NCBI GenBank assembly: GCA_035605115.1 | Contig: DATNHF010000054.1 | Location: 1,051-65,050 of the forward strand | DNA length: 64,000 nt | Direction of reading: 5' to 3' | DNA from: Steroidobacteraceae bacterium | GTDB lineage: Bacteria > Pseudomonadota > Gammaproteobacteria > Steroidobacterales > Steroidobacteraceae | Shown here: one piece after another, positions 1 through 10,151 of the stretch | Layout: each line of letters begins with the position of its first letter | How positions within the stretch are numbered: position 1 is the stretch's first letter | The notes under the pieces: generated by a model | Told to the model about the DNA's origin: nothing | Seen by the model: the letters and a program-made list of their open reading frames with translations, nothing else | Databases searched by the model: none | Program-made: the position numbers and the translations under genes

Positions 1-695
1 TGGTCGAGCTGCTGGTCGCCCTGTTCATTACGGCGATCATGTTCACGGTCGGTTATCGCGGGCTGGACCAGGCGTTCCGCAGCCGCAAGGAAGTCGATGC
101 GCAATCGGCACGGCTGATCGCCGTGCAGCAGGCACTGCGCACCATCGAGCAGGATTTTGAACTGCTGCAGCCGCGGCCCATACGCCAGCTCACCGGCGAC
201 GGCTACCTGCCCGCGATCATGAGCTCGCCGAATGCCGCCACGACTCTGGGCAGTACCGGCTCGACGCTGGACGGATCGAGCGCGAGCACTGCCAGCGCCT
301 CCACGCTTGGCACCATCACCACCCTCAATGGCGGTACGCTGCCGCTGGTGAGTTTCACCCGCGGCGGCTGGACCAATCCGGCGGGATTGCCCCGATCGGA
401 ACTGCAGCGCGTGAGCTACGCGATCGAGAACGGGGCCCTGATGCGCTCATACACGCCCGAGCTCGATTCCACGCTTGCCGTGGCTCCCATCAAGCGCAAG
501 CTCATAGATCACGTCAAAAGCTTCGGTTTGCGCTTCATGGATGCCGGCCATAATTGGCAGACCCAGTGGCCCGCGCCGACGCTCGGGGTCGGCCAACAGA
601 ATCTCATGCTGCGCATCCGGCCAGTGGCCGTCGAAGTCACGATCGAGCTGGAGGACTGGGGTGTGCTGATGCGGCACATTGAGGTGGCCGGATGA
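1..695 (+). CDS. gspJ: Type II secretion minor pseudopilin GspJ, 5' end cut by window edge
   Basis: The frame is open from nt 3 (VELLVALFITAIMF, a prepilin-type hydrophobic N-terminal helix) into ORF 39..695. ATGA start/stop overlap with the next gene. Canonical J-K-L-M-N order follows. Confidence 0.8.
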   Translation, partial: VELLVALFITAIMFTVGYRGLDQAFRSRKEVDAQSARLIAVQQALRTIEQDFELLQPRPIRQLTGDGYLPAIMSSPNAATTLGSTGSTLDGSSASTASASTLGTITTLNGGTLPLVSFTRGGWTNPAGLPRSELQRVSYAIENGALMRSYTPELDSTLAVAPIKRKLIDHVKSFGLRFMDAGHNWQTQWPAPTLGVGQQNLMLRIRPVAVEVTIELEDWGVLMRHIEVAG

Positions 696-1645
696 GACGC
701 CTTGGCCCAGGCGCGCAGCGAGGCGTCGCGTTGCTGACCGCAATCGTGCTGGTGGCGATCGCAACAGTGCTCGCCACTGCGATCGCGTTTGCAAGCGCCA
801 TGTCCGCACGGCGCGCGACCACGGTATTCGGCGCCGATCAAAGTCTGCTCGCCGCCGAAGGTGCCGAAGCGATGGCGGCGTATCTGCTCAAGCAAGCCGG
901 TCCGAATAATGCGCAGGATTCGCTCAATCAACCCTGGGCACAGAGCTACGGCCCGATGCAGCTGCTGCCCGGAGTGTCGCTCGAGTTTGCGCAGCTAGAG
1001 GACCAGCAGGGTAAATTCAACATCAACAATCTCACGAGCGGCGGCGCCTCGAACGCGACTTCGATTGCGCAGTTCCAGCAGCTGCTGGCATTGCTCGGGC
1101 TCGAGAGCAAGTGGGCGCCGCTGATTGCCGACTGGATTGACAGCGACAACGAGCCGAATTTTCCCGATGGCGCCGAGGATAGCGTCTACCTGGCGCAGTC
1201 CCCACCCTATCGGACGGCCAATCTGCCGGTTACGAGTATCTCCGAGCTGCTGGCTCTGCCGGGCTTCGGACGCGACCGCTACAATCGCCTGGCGCCTTAT
1301 ATCAGCGCATTACCACCTGGAACCTCGATCAATGTCTGCACGGCTCCCGGCGTGGTACTGGACGGCATCAGCGGCAAGGTCGAGTACAGCAGCAACCCAC
1401 AGCAGCTGCTGGCACACCGGCAAGCGGACGGATGCTTTCCGACGCTCGCCGTGTTTCAGAGCAGCCTGACGAGTAAACCGCAGGTGAACAACTCCAGCGC
1501 GACGTCGCTCGGCCAGACCACGTCGTATTTCCGATTGCGCTGTCTGATCACTATTGGCACTGCGCGGTTCAGCTTGTACAGTCTGTTGCAGCGCGACGGC
1601 GCCGGGCAGATTCACGTAGTCCTTCGAACTTTCGGCACGGAATGA
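692..1645 (+). CDS. gspK: Type II secretion minor pseudopilin GspK
   Basis: 317 aa with an N-terminal pseudopilin-like helix (GVALLTAIVLVAIATVLATAIAF). Size and position after gspJ fit. ATGA overlaps at both ends. Confidence 0.8.
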   Translation: MRRLGPGAQRGVALLTAIVLVAIATVLATAIAFASAMSARRATTVFGADQSLLAAEGAEAMAAYLLKQAGPNNAQDSLNQPWAQSYGPMQLLPGVSLEFAQLEDQQGKFNINNLTSGGASNATSIAQFQQLLALLGLESKWAPLIADWIDSDNEPNFPDGAEDSVYLAQSPPYRTANLPVTSISELLALPGFGRDRYNRLAPYISALPPGTSINVCTAPGVVLDGISGKVEYSSNPQQLLAHRQADGCFPTLAVFQSSLTSKPQVNNSSATSLGQTTSYFRLRCLITIGTARFSLYSLLQRDGAGQIHVVLRTFGTE

Positions 1646-2895
1646 TCATGGCGGAATGGTTTATCCTGCAGCTGCCGCGCGATAGCGAAGAGCCATGCAA
1701 CTGGATGCTTGCCGATGGCGCCGGTCGTGCGCTCAGCGCACCGCAGAACGGGCCGATTGCGCAGGCCGCGGAGCAGGCGTCCGGCCGCAACCTCGCCCTG
1801 ATCGTGAGCAGTGGAGATGTTTTGCTGACGGAAGTCGAGCTGCCCCCCAAGAGCGGCGTGCGCCCGCAGCAACTGGTCGCCTATGCGCTTGAGGAACAGC
1901 TCGCGGCCGATATCGAGACGCTGCACTTCGCGGTCGGCACGCGCGATGAGCTGACCGGCCGCACCGCCGTGGCGGTCGTCACGCGCGACCTGTTGACGCA
2001 TTGGCTGCAGCAGCTCGCTCAAAGCGGTATGCATGCCGCCGCCGTGTGCGCCGACGCTTCCTTGCTACCGGACAATCCCGGGCACACGGTGGTGATGCTC
2101 CATGGCGACACGCTGTCGGTGCGCCGCGCCGGCAGGCCAGCCTTGGCGCTGCCGGCCGACAATATCGGCGCCGCGCTGGAAGCCTCGCTCGGCAGCGAGA
2201 TGGCAGCCGACAATCTGATCTTCTACGCCTCGCCGCAGGACTGGCAAGCTCGCGCGCGTGAAGTCGAGGCGCTGCGCCAGCGCTGCACCAGCCTCAAGGT
2301 GCAATTGCTCAACTCAGGAACACTGCCGCTGCTGGCGCCGCAACTGGCCGCCGGCGCCTACATCAATCTGCTGAGCGGCGAGTTCGCGCCACAGGTCGCA
2401 GCCGGCAACAGCTGGCGACGCTGGCGGCTAGCGGCCATACTCGCAGCCGTTCTGTTCGCGGTACACGTGGGCGGCCTGTCGCTCGAACTGTTGCAGCAGC
2501 GGCGCAGCGAGCGCGCGCTTGATGCCGAGATCGGAGCGATCGCGCGTCAAGCGTTGCCGGGGGAATCGACGCAAGGCTTCGAGCGCTCACGCATCGAGCA
2601 GCGTCTGCTCGCCGCACAGGGCGATGCAGGCGGCAGCGGTTTCATGCCGGCGCTGGCGGCATTGGCGCATGCGCTCGGCACTGCGCGCGGAGCATCACTG
2701 CAGGCGCTGAGTTATCGCGATGGCGGTCTCGATCTCAAACTCAAGGCCAGCGACGCCGAGAGCCTCGAGCGTATCGATCAGGCATTGCGTAATGACGGCT
2801 GGCAGGCGGAGCTGACCTCGGGCGGTGCCGCGACCACCGGCTACGAAGGCCGCATTCAGATACGCCGCGGCGGTGCCGCGGCGCGAGCACGCTGA
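1642..2895 (+). CDS. gspL: Type II secretion inner-membrane platform protein GspL
   Basis: 417 aa with a single central TM segment (WRLAAILAAVLFAVHVGGL). Lies between gspK and gspM and is translationally coupled to both. Confidence 0.75.
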   Translation: MIMAEWFILQLPRDSEEPCNWMLADGAGRALSAPQNGPIAQAAEQASGRNLALIVSSGDVLLTEVELPPKSGVRPQQLVAYALEEQLAADIETLHFAVGTRDELTGRTAVAVVTRDLLTHWLQQLAQSGMHAAAVCADASLLPDNPGHTVVMLHGDTLSVRRAGRPALALPADNIGAALEASLGSEMAADNLIFYASPQDWQARAREVEALRQRCTSLKVQLLNSGTLPLLAPQLAAGAYINLLSGEFAPQVAAGNSWRRWRLAAILAAVLFAVHVGGLSLELLQQRRSERALDAEIGAIARQALPGESTQGFERSRIEQRLLAAQGDAGGSGFMPALAALAHALGTARGASLQALSYRDGGLDLKLKASDAESLERIDQALRNDGWQAELTSGGAATTGYEGRIQIRRGGAAARAR

Positions 2896-3374
2896 TGGAC
2901 GCGTTGCGGCAATACTTCGCAAAGCTCAGTGCGCGCGAACAGCGCATCGCCGCGGTCGGCGCGGTGGCTGCGCTGCTGCTGCTGGTGATCGCCATCGTGC
3001 TGCCATTGCAGCGACACGTGGGTGCCGTCGAGCAGCGCGTTGAGCGCAAGCGCGACGATCTGATCTGGCTGCGTTCGATGGCACCGCAGCTGGTCGGCCT
3101 GCGCACTGCCGGACCGCCGCCGCTGCGCGAATCTCTGGTCGTGGTGGTTGATCGCACCGCGCGCCAGTCCGGTCTCGAGCACGCTCTGGTCGGCAGTCAG
3201 CCCAGCGGCGATGGGGGACTGAACGTGCGTCTCGAGCAGACTCCTTTCGATGGCCTCGTGGCTTGGCTCGCGCAGTTACGCGAGAGCTATGGCGTGCGGG
3301 TCGATTCGGCCGTGGTCGAGGCAGGCAACGCCGTCGGAACCGTGAATGCGAGCCTGGTCCTGCGCGCGCGCTGA
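2895..3374 (+). CDS. gspM: Type II secretion protein GspM
   Basis: 159-aa bitopic protein (TM AAVGAVAALLLLVIAIVL). TGATG overlaps with both neighbours. Position is canonical. Confidence 0.75.
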   Translation: MDALRQYFAKLSAREQRIAAVGAVAALLLLVIAIVLPLQRHVGAVEQRVERKRDDLIWLRSMAPQLVGLRTAGPPPLRESLVVVVDRTARQSGLEHALVGSQPSGDGGLNVRLEQTPFDGLVAWLAQLRESYGVRVDSAVVEAGNAVGTVNASLVLRAR

Positions 3375-4105
3375 TGCCGCCGAAATCAGCGATCCTGCTG
3401 GCGGTTGCGGTATTTTTGCTCACCGTGCTCGCACATCTGCCGGCGAGGGTGTTGCCGTGGTTGTTGCCGCGAGAAGTGCACTGCCAGTCACCTGCCGGAA
3501 CGCTCTGGCGCGGTGTGTGCGGCGAGCTGAGCAGCGGCGAGCTCGTGCTCTCGGGCGTCAGATGGAGCCTGCATCCGCTGTCATTGCTGCGCGCGCACCT
3601 GGAGCTGCATGTTCAGAGCGAGGATGCGCGTGCCGCCGGCCAAGCCGAGCTGACGCTGTATCCCGACCGACAGCTCGAAGTGCGGGATCTGCAGGCCTCG
3701 CTGCCGCTACAGGGCGGCTTGACGCCCTTTCCTGCCGCCTGGAGCGGCACTATCGGCCTGGCCGTCGCACAGGCGCGGGTTCGCAGCGGCCACCTGGTCG
3801 CGCTGCAGGGCGTGATCACCGCCGCACATCTGCGCAGCGACCACCCGGCGCAGGAGCTCGGCAGCTTGGCACTTGAATTCCCGCCGGCCAACGCCGGTGC
3901 GCCCATGATCGGCACGTTGCATGACCTCGACGGACCTTTGTCCCTACAAGGCCGATTGCAGTTGTCGGCTGCCGGCAGCTACGAGCTCGATGGCACCGTC
4001 GCGATGCGTGATGCATCGAATGCCGGGCTGCAGCAGATGCTGCAACTTCTTGGCCCGGCGGATGCGCAGGGACGATACGCCTTCTCGGTAGCCGGCACGC
4101 TCTAG
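3374..4105 (+). CDS. gspN: Type II secretion protein GspN
   Basis: An in-frame ATG at 3374 overlaps the gspM stop (TGATG) and gives 243 aa with an N-terminal TM (AILLAVAVFLLTVLAHL). The track start at 3263 would overlap gspM by 110 nt. Last gene of the gsp block. Confidence 0.6.
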   Translation: MPPKSAILLAVAVFLLTVLAHLPARVLPWLLPREVHCQSPAGTLWRGVCGELSSGELVLSGVRWSLHPLSLLRAHLELHVQSEDARAAGQAELTLYPDRQLEVRDLQASLPLQGGLTPFPAAWSGTIGLAVAQARVRSGHLVALQGVITAAHLRSDHPAQELGSLALEFPPANAGAPMIGTLHDLDGPLSLQGRLQLSAAGSYELDGTVAMRDASNAGLQQMLQLLGPADAQGRYAFSVAGTL

Positions 4106-4140
4106 CACCCCCCGGCTGTCGGCACGCTCGCGGCGATGCC

Positions 4141-7100
4141 CTAGGCTTTGAGCTCGCGAAATGCGCCGAGCAAGGGAAAATAAAGCGCAACCCGCACCGG
4201 CTCGGCACCCAGCTCGGCCGCCAGTGCGGCATAACGCTGCAGCTGCGCCGCATAGCGCTCGGCCTCGCTATCGATAAATCGCTCCACAGCGCCACCTTCA
4301 TGCCGACTGGTCTTGTAATCGACAATCCAGCGATGTCCCTGTTCGTCAACCAGCATGCGATCGAAAACCACGTTGACCACGCGTCCGTCGTGCAGTCCGC
4401 TCAAGCGCCATTCGCTGCGCGCAAGCGGGTGGCGGTTCGAGAGCAGCCAGCGTCCGCGCGCATCTGCCAGCGTGCGCTCGAGCGCCTCGAGAATGAGGGC
4501 CTGAGCCGCCGGCCGCTCCGTGTGCGGCACGCCGAGCTCGGCGAGCCAGTCGCCATAATAGGCAGCGCGCCCCTGCAGATCCCCAGGCTGCGGCAACGCC
4601 TGCGCGGCGGCCAGTCGGTGCAATTCGGCGTGCACGACCGTGCCGATGGCACGCGCCGTGCGTCCGACCCAGCTGTACTCGGGCGCCTGCGCGGTGATGG
4701 GGGCCGAAAGCAGCAGCCGTGTCACCGCCGGTGCGGGCGGCGGTGCCGGCCGCCTCCAAAGCGCTGGCAACCGATACAATGCCGGCGCCCGCAGCTTCGT
4801 GGCGCCGCGGGGGCCGGTCAGGGGCGCTGCCAGCGTGGCATCCCGCGGCATGCCAAACTCGAGCGCGAGCGCCGGCCAGAGAATTTCCAGCAATGAGCCA
4901 CTGGCCGGTTTGGCGGGCGTTGCGGCTGCCGGGGCCGGCTTCACCGAGCCGAGCAGATGCAGCGAAGAGCGCGCGCGCGTGGTGGCGACATAGAGCTGCC
5001 GCACTCGCTCCAATCGCGCTCGTGCGCGCTTGAGCCCCTTGATATAGGCGGCCAACGATCCCTCCTCCTGGTCGGCTGATCGGATCGGCGCGAGCAGCAG
5101 ATCGGTCCCCTCGCTGGCGCGCGGCAGCTCGACCCAGTGCAGCAGCGGATCTTTATCGACGGCACTCTTGCGGCCAAGGCCGGGAAGGATCACCACATCC
5201 CATTCGAGCCCTTTGGCGGCGTGCATCGTCATGACCTCGATCGCGCCGATCTGCGGCGGCGCCGCGCTGTACAGCCGATCGGTCAGTGTGCCCATCGCCT
5301 CGCCCACCAGGGTTGCGGGCTCATCGTGCACGGCCAGCGCATCCATGAAGCGATGCGCATCGAACCGCTCGGCCGCGCCGGGATAGAGGGCAGGGCCCGC
5401 CAGTCGCAGCCAGCTTCGCTCGACGCGCTGCCACAGTGGCCAGCCGCGCTCGGCACCGAGCATCGCCGGCTCGAGTGCGGCACACAGCCGAGCGATGCGC
5501 GCCTGAGTCGGCGCATCACCGGCCGTGCAGCCGCGCAGCGCGGCGAGAAGGTCGCCGTCGCTGCCGGCCAGCAGCCGTTCGAGCTCGCCCAGGCCCAGAC
5601 CGCAGCAGGGCGCGCGCAGCAGCGCCAACCAGGCGCTGCGGTCAGCCGCGTGCAGCAATGCTCGCGCGAGCGCCGAGAGGTCGCGAATCACAGGCCGATC
5701 GCGCAGCGGCTCGAGATCCACGCCGCGCAGCGCGAAGCCGGCGGAGCGCAACCGCGCGACGATCTCGGCGGCATGATCGCGCGCCGCCACCAGCACGGCG
5801 ATCGACGCCGCAGCCGCCTTGGTGCGCGCCGCGCGCACGATTTCCACCACCCGCTCGGCCTCGCTCGCCGCGTCATCGGCATCGATCCGATACAGCCTCA
5901 CGGCCCCGCTCGCAGACTCGGCGCCAGATTGCGCCGGTATCGAAGGCAGATAACGCACGGCTGCCAGCCGCGCATCGTCGTCGGCCGGGAACAGGCGCAC
6001 AAAATGCTCGTTGATCCAACTAACCAGCGGCGCGTGCGAACGAAAATTGCGTCGCAACTGCAGCATCTCCAGCCCGATCGCGCCGAAGCCGTGATCGCGG
6101 GCGCGCAGAAACAGCCCCACTTCGGCCTCGCGGAACTGGTAGATCGACTGCATCGGATCGCCGACTATGAACAGAGTGCGCCCATCGCCCTGCTCCCACC
6201 CGGCCGTCAACAGGCGCAGCAGCTCAAACTGCTCGACCGACGTGTCCTGGAATTCATCAATCAGGATGTGCCGCAGGGCTGCTCCCGCGCGCAATGCGAA
6301 ATCGCTGGGCTCGCCCTGCTCGCTGAGCGCCTGACGCGCCGCTGCGCTGATATAGGCGTAATCCACCTTGCCGTGTTCGGCGAACTGCAGCTGCAGCTCC
6401 GCGGCAGCACGCAGCAGCAGTTTGGCCAAGGCCTCCATCGCGGCCTGATCCGCCGGCGGCAAAGTTGCCTCGGGCAAGGCTCGAACGCTGCGCAGAGTCT
6501 CGAGCGCGCCCTCGTGCTCGGCCATGGCCGCGATCCATTCCATGATACTTCGCTTCAGGGCTTGATCAGCGGCAGCGAACTGCTCGCCGGCGGCAAAGCG
6601 CCGACGCCATGCGCCGTCCTGCGTGAGCGCCAGATCGCACAGCGCGCGCCAGCGCGGCATGCTCGAGGGCTCCGCATTCAGCGTCGACTCCGGCGCAGCC
6701 AACCGCCTCAGCAGCTGCTCCGCCTTGCGCAGCAGCTGCGCAGGCAGTCGCGCGGCAGCCCCCGCCAGGCGCGAGCGCAGCACCGAGGAGAGACTTTGCG
6801 CATTGCGCTCGGCAAGTCCAACGTTCTGTGCTTCGAGCACGCGCGGCAACCAATGCGAGCGCCGCTCGAGCATGTCGGTAAGCAGGGATTCGAGGCGCCG
6901 CCAGCTGTTGTCCTGACGTTCGAGCAGCAGCCGCGCTGCGAGGGCGCTCTCGGGCTCCTGCAGCGACTCCTGCAGCGCGCGGCGCGCGGCGCGCCGATAC
7001 AGCGGCGCCGGCGTCGGCGTGATATCCAGCCGCAGAGCGCTGCGCGAGGCGATCGGAAGCGCGCTGGCGAGCTCGTGGCTGAGCGCATCGATGGTCTCCA

Positions 7101-7446
7101 CACGCAACCGCGAGGCGTTGAGCGACAGCTGCCAGCCGCGGCTGCGATCGCGCTGCGCGACTGCCTGCAGCAAGGAGGCATCGATGCCGGCCATCTGTGC
7201 GCCGCATTCGGCAGCCTGCAATGCCGCAATGATGCGGTGGCGCATTTCGGCGGCCGCTTTGCGCGTGAACGTAATGGCCAGGATCTGCTCCGGAGCATCG
7301 ACAACGGCCAACAGGGCCAGGAAGCGCGCGGTCAGCACGGTGGTCTTGCCCGAGCCGGCCGGCGCCTGCAACAGCAGCGAGCGCTGCGTGTCGAGCGCCT
7401 CGCGCCGCGCGCGCCGATCGATTTCCAGCGCATCAGGCGCGTTCAT
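4141..7446 (-). CDS. addA: AddA-type UvrD/Rep-family helicase with C-terminal PD-(D/E)XK nuclease
   Basis: Starting at ATG 7446 (ATGA overlap with the upstream gene stop) places Walker A LLLQAPAGSGKTTVLT near the N-terminus. UvrD-like motifs ILIDEFQDTS and FIVGDPMQSIYQFREA are present. C-terminal WIVDYKT nuclease motif. The track ORF extension to 8328 is run-on into addB. Confidence 0.8.
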   Translation of the reverse strand: MNAPDALEIDRRARREALDTQRSLLLQAPAGSGKTTVLTARFLALLAVVDAPEQILAITFTRKAAAEMRHRIIAALQAAECGAQMAGIDASLLQAVAQRDRSRGWQLSLNASRLRVETIDALSHELASALPIASRSALRLDITPTPAPLYRRAARRALQESLQEPESALAARLLLERQDNSWRRLESLLTDMLERRSHWLPRVLEAQNVGLAERNAQSLSSVLRSRLAGAAARLPAQLLRKAEQLLRRLAAPESTLNAEPSSMPRWRALCDLALTQDGAWRRRFAAGEQFAAADQALKRSIMEWIAAMAEHEGALETLRSVRALPEATLPPADQAAMEALAKLLLRAAAELQLQFAEHGKVDYAYISAAARQALSEQGEPSDFALRAGAALRHILIDEFQDTSVEQFELLRLLTAGWEQGDGRTLFIVGDPMQSIYQFREAEVGLFLRARDHGFGAIGLEMLQLRRNFRSHAPLVSWINEHFVRLFPADDDARLAAVRYLPSIPAQSGAESASGAVRLYRIDADDAASEAERVVEIVRAARTKAAAASIAVLVAARDHAAEIVARLRSAGFALRGVDLEPLRDRPVIRDLSALARALLHAADRSAWLALLRAPCCGLGLGELERLLAGSDGDLLAALRGCTAGDAPTQARIARLCAALEPAMLGAERGWPLWQRVERSWLRLAGPALYPGAAERFDAHRFMDALAVHDEPATLVGEAMGTLTDRLYSAAPPQIGAIEVMTMHAAKGLEWDVVILPGLGRKSAVDKDPLLHWVELPRASEGTDLLLAPIRSADQEEGSLAAYIKGLKRARARLERVRQLYVATTRARSSLHLLGSVKPAPAAATPAKPASGSLLEILWPALALEFGMPRDATLAAPLTGPRGATKLRAPALYRLPALWRRPAPPPAPAVTRLLLSAPITAQAPEYSWVGRTARAIGTVVHAELHRLAAAQALPQPGDLQGRAAYYGDWLAELGVPHTERPAAQALILEALERTLADARGRWLLSNRHPLARSEWRLSGLHDGRVVNVVFDRMLVDEQGHRWIVDYKTSRHEGGAVERFIDSEAERYAAQLQRYAALAAELGAEPVRVALYFPLLGAFRELKA

Positions 7447-10121
7447 GGCGGCAATTCGCCCAATGACTCGATGCGGCAGAAGGCCTGAAGGTGGCAGCGA
7501 TCGCACGCCTTGGGCTGCGGCTGTGCGAGGGCATGACCCGAAAGAAACTCCTGCACCAGTGTCTCGAGCCGCTCGCTCCAGCGTTGCTGCAGCACGGCCC
7601 AGCTGGACCGATCCGCGCGCAATGGTTTCAGCCCTGGCAGGCGTCCGCTGCGATCGGCAGTGCCGTGGAGCGCGAGCCCCTCGCCTGCGAGATACAAAGC
7701 TGCTACCGCGACCGTTTGCTCGCCAGCCGCCATAGCGTACGCGGGCAATTGCGGCAGGGTCGGCCGTTCGGCCAGAGCATCGAAAGTTGCCGTGGTACCG
7801 GTCTTGTAGTCGATGACGATGAGGCTGCCATCGGCGAGCCGGTCGACGCGGTCGAGACGCAGGTGCAGCGTGGCGCCAGCGATGGCGAGTGTGCGGGGCC
7901 ATTCCAGGTACGCGCTTTCGAACGGCCCACGCCCGAGCTCCCAGAGGATCAGTTGCTCGAACAGCCGCGCGTCGCGTTGCGCCTCGCCTCGCAGACTGTT
8001 CGGTTCGATCGAGCCGGGCACCCGATGCACCGCCTCCGCCAGGGAGCGCTCGATACAATCGCGCGCGAAACGCCGCGATGCGTCGATGGTGCGCGCATGC
8101 AGCGTGCGCGAATCCCGCGTCTCCCGCCAGAACAGCTCCAGGGCGCGGTGCAGGATCTGTCCGCGCAGCCGCGCATCGATACCAGGGGAAGGCGCCGCCA
8201 ACGGCTCGGCCCGCAATCGCAGCTGGGCGAAACCGCGGAACGGACAGAGTGCCTGCAGCTCGAGCAAACGGGTACCGCCTGGTAAGCCACGGTCTCGCGG
8301 CCAGATGGGCGCCGAAGCGTCGTGCCACTCTTCCAGACGGGGCGAAGAGGCAGCCAGCCAGGATTCGAGCTCGAAGGCACTGTCGGCGCTTGCGGGCGCG
8401 GCCACAACCGGCCTGCCCGTCGCCTCATTGGCCGCAACCGGGGCTTCGCGCAGCAGCGGGCTTATATCGCACGGCAAATCCCCATTGCTGCGCGACCAGC
8501 TCAGGGTGAGTTGATCGGTGGCACGCTGCCACTGCCGCAGCGACTGCTCGGCACGTCGCAGCGCTTGCGCGGGGCTCGCCATCGGCATTGCGCCGACGGC
8601 CTGCACCGCCCAGGGGATCAGGGGATCCGGACGCGCGGGCTGCGGCCAGGCGTCGGCCGTAAGTCCCGCGACCCAGATACCATCGTAGCGTGCAATCGGG
8701 TCTTCCAGGCTGGCGCTCAGCGTTACGGGCACATCATCGCTCGCGGGCTCAAAGGCCGTCCGTGCCGCCAACTGTCGCAACAGCTGCAACGCCGCCGCCT
8801 GCGACAGCGCGCTCGAAGTCACGGCCAAAGACGCCAATTCGCCCAGCAGCTCCTCGAAGCGCACCCTGATCTGCTGCTCGTGGCTGCGAAGACCAGGTCC
8901 TGGCCAGCCCACGCGCTCGAGCACAGCCGCGAAGCTTTGCGCCCAGTGCGAAGCGGGAGCCTGCGCGGGCGCTGCTGCATCGGTCGTGCTCGGCGCGAGC
9001 GCATCGATCAGCCCCTGCAGCGCGGCGCCGGCCGCGGCGCCGAGCTCATGGCGGACGCGTTCTACCAGCCCGGCCAGCTGCATCGGTGAGGTTGCCGCCG
9101 CATTGTGCTGGCGCAGCCAGACATCGATGCGCAAGCGCGCCTCGTGCCCTGCCGGATCCAGGAACGGCGAGCGCAAGACAGCACTCAATGCCTCGAAGTC
9201 CGCGGCAGCTGCGGCCAGCACCAACAGCTGCAGCGCCACAGCGACGAGCGCATAGTCGGTGAGCGCCTGGCCTCCTTCGAGAGCGAAATGGCTGTCGTCG
9301 CCGGCCGACTGCCCATCGAGTATCGATGGGTAGTCCAAGCGCTGCGCCAGCGCGCGTAGCCAGCGGTGCCGCTGCTCGGGCAGGCGCGCGACGATCAGCA
9401 GCAGGCGTGCACCGGGATCGCGCCGGAGCTCGGCGGCGCACCATCGCGCCGCCGCTTCGGCCTCCAGCTCTGCACTGTCGAAGCCTGCGACCTCGGGCCC
9501 GCGACCAGGGCGCTGCGCGCCGGCTGCCGCATCGAGCGGTGCTGCTGCCTCGAGCCGGACGCCGACGCGCTCGAGCCACTCGCGCCGCGCCGGACCGAGC
9601 TCGGCAAAGCCGAGCAGCCGTGTGGCCGCTCGCGGCTGCAAATAGGCCGCGCATGCGCTCCAGGAACTGCTCCATATCGCTGCGAGCGTGGCGCCGCGGC
9701 GGTTGAAGTGCGCGCGCGCGCGCAGCAATACCCGCGTCTCGGCGCTTGAGGCATCGTGCAGCTCGAGCCCGTAGTCCTCGAGCAGCAGCACAGCCCGGCG
9801 AACGCTGTCGATCAGCGAATCGGGCCACAGCAGCGCCACATCCGAGCAGGCGGCCTGCACGGCCTCGCGCCACAGCCACCATTCCTCCGCGCGCGAGAGC
9901 CGCCGTGGCACCAGCACGCCGCGTGAGCGCGCGTCATCCAGCCCGCGCTCGAGCCACGCAGTCCACGGCAGCACATCGGGACTGCTCCAGACGCGCTGTC
10001 CTGCCGCGAGCTGCGCGCTGCTGTAGGCGAGTCGCAGTGCGGCGGCACGTTGCGGTGTGGGTACCACGACAGTGGCACCGCGCCTGAGGTCGTCGAGTAT
10101 CTCGGGTGAAAGTTCTAGCAA
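7443..10121 (-). CDS. addB: AddB-type PD-(D/E)XK nuclease subunit with C-terminal Cys cluster
   Basis: 892 aa, directly upstream of and overlapping addA. C-terminal LIVIDYKTG nuclease motif is followed by ACDRCHLQAFC, as in iron-sulfur AddB proteins. Apparent TTG start at 10121; no in-frame ATG nearby. Confidence 0.7.
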   Translation of the reverse strand: MLELSPEILDDLRRGATVVVPTPQRAAALRLAYSSAQLAAGQRVWSSPDVLPWTAWLERGLDDARSRGVLVPRRLSRAEEWWLWREAVQAACSDVALLWPDSLIDSVRRAVLLLEDYGLELHDASSAETRVLLRARAHFNRRGATLAAIWSSSWSACAAYLQPRAATRLLGFAELGPARREWLERVGVRLEAAAPLDAAAGAQRPGRGPEVAGFDSAELEAEAAARWCAAELRRDPGARLLLIVARLPEQRHRWLRALAQRLDYPSILDGQSAGDDSHFALEGGQALTDYALVAVALQLLVLAAAAADFEALSAVLRSPFLDPAGHEARLRIDVWLRQHNAAATSPMQLAGLVERVRHELGAAAGAALQGLIDALAPSTTDAAAPAQAPASHWAQSFAAVLERVGWPGPGLRSHEQQIRVRFEELLGELASLAVTSSALSQAAALQLLRQLAARTAFEPASDDVPVTLSASLEDPIARYDGIWVAGLTADAWPQPARPDPLIPWAVQAVGAMPMASPAQALRRAEQSLRQWQRATDQLTLSWSRSNGDLPCDISPLLREAPVAANEATGRPVVAAPASADSAFELESWLAASSPRLEEWHDASAPIWPRDRGLPGGTRLLELQALCPFRGFAQLRLRAEPLAAPSPGIDARLRGQILHRALELFWRETRDSRTLHARTIDASRRFARDCIERSLAEAVHRVPGSIEPNSLRGEAQRDARLFEQLILWELGRGPFESAYLEWPRTLAIAGATLHLRLDRVDRLADGSLIVIDYKTGTTATFDALAERPTLPQLPAYAMAAGEQTVAVAALYLAGEGLALHGTADRSGRLPGLKPLRADRSSWAVLQQRWSERLETLVQEFLSGHALAQPQPKACDRCHLQAFCRIESLGELPP

Positions 10122-10151
10122 ATCAATATGTTGATTGCTATTGTTAAAATG

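Noticed and set aside
5137-7488. 783-aa plus-strand ORF
   Set aside because: It is antisense to addA, with Arg/Gln/Ala-rich composition and no motifs. This is a typical high-GC shadow ORF.
7447-8328. N-terminal 294-aa extension of the 1395-aa ORF 4141..8328
   Set aside because: The extension is Arg/Ala-rich low-complexity sequence running out of frame through the 3' end of addB. The ATG at 7446 overlaps the addB stop (ATGA) and puts the Walker A motif at the expected N-terminal position.
10122-10151. AT-rich 30-nt spacer between alaA and addB as a possible LexA/SOS box
   Set aside because: The sequence matches neither the CTGT-N8-ACAG consensus nor the Xanthomonadales-type TTAG...TACTA consensus as I recall them. 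It contains only a weak imperfect palindrome.
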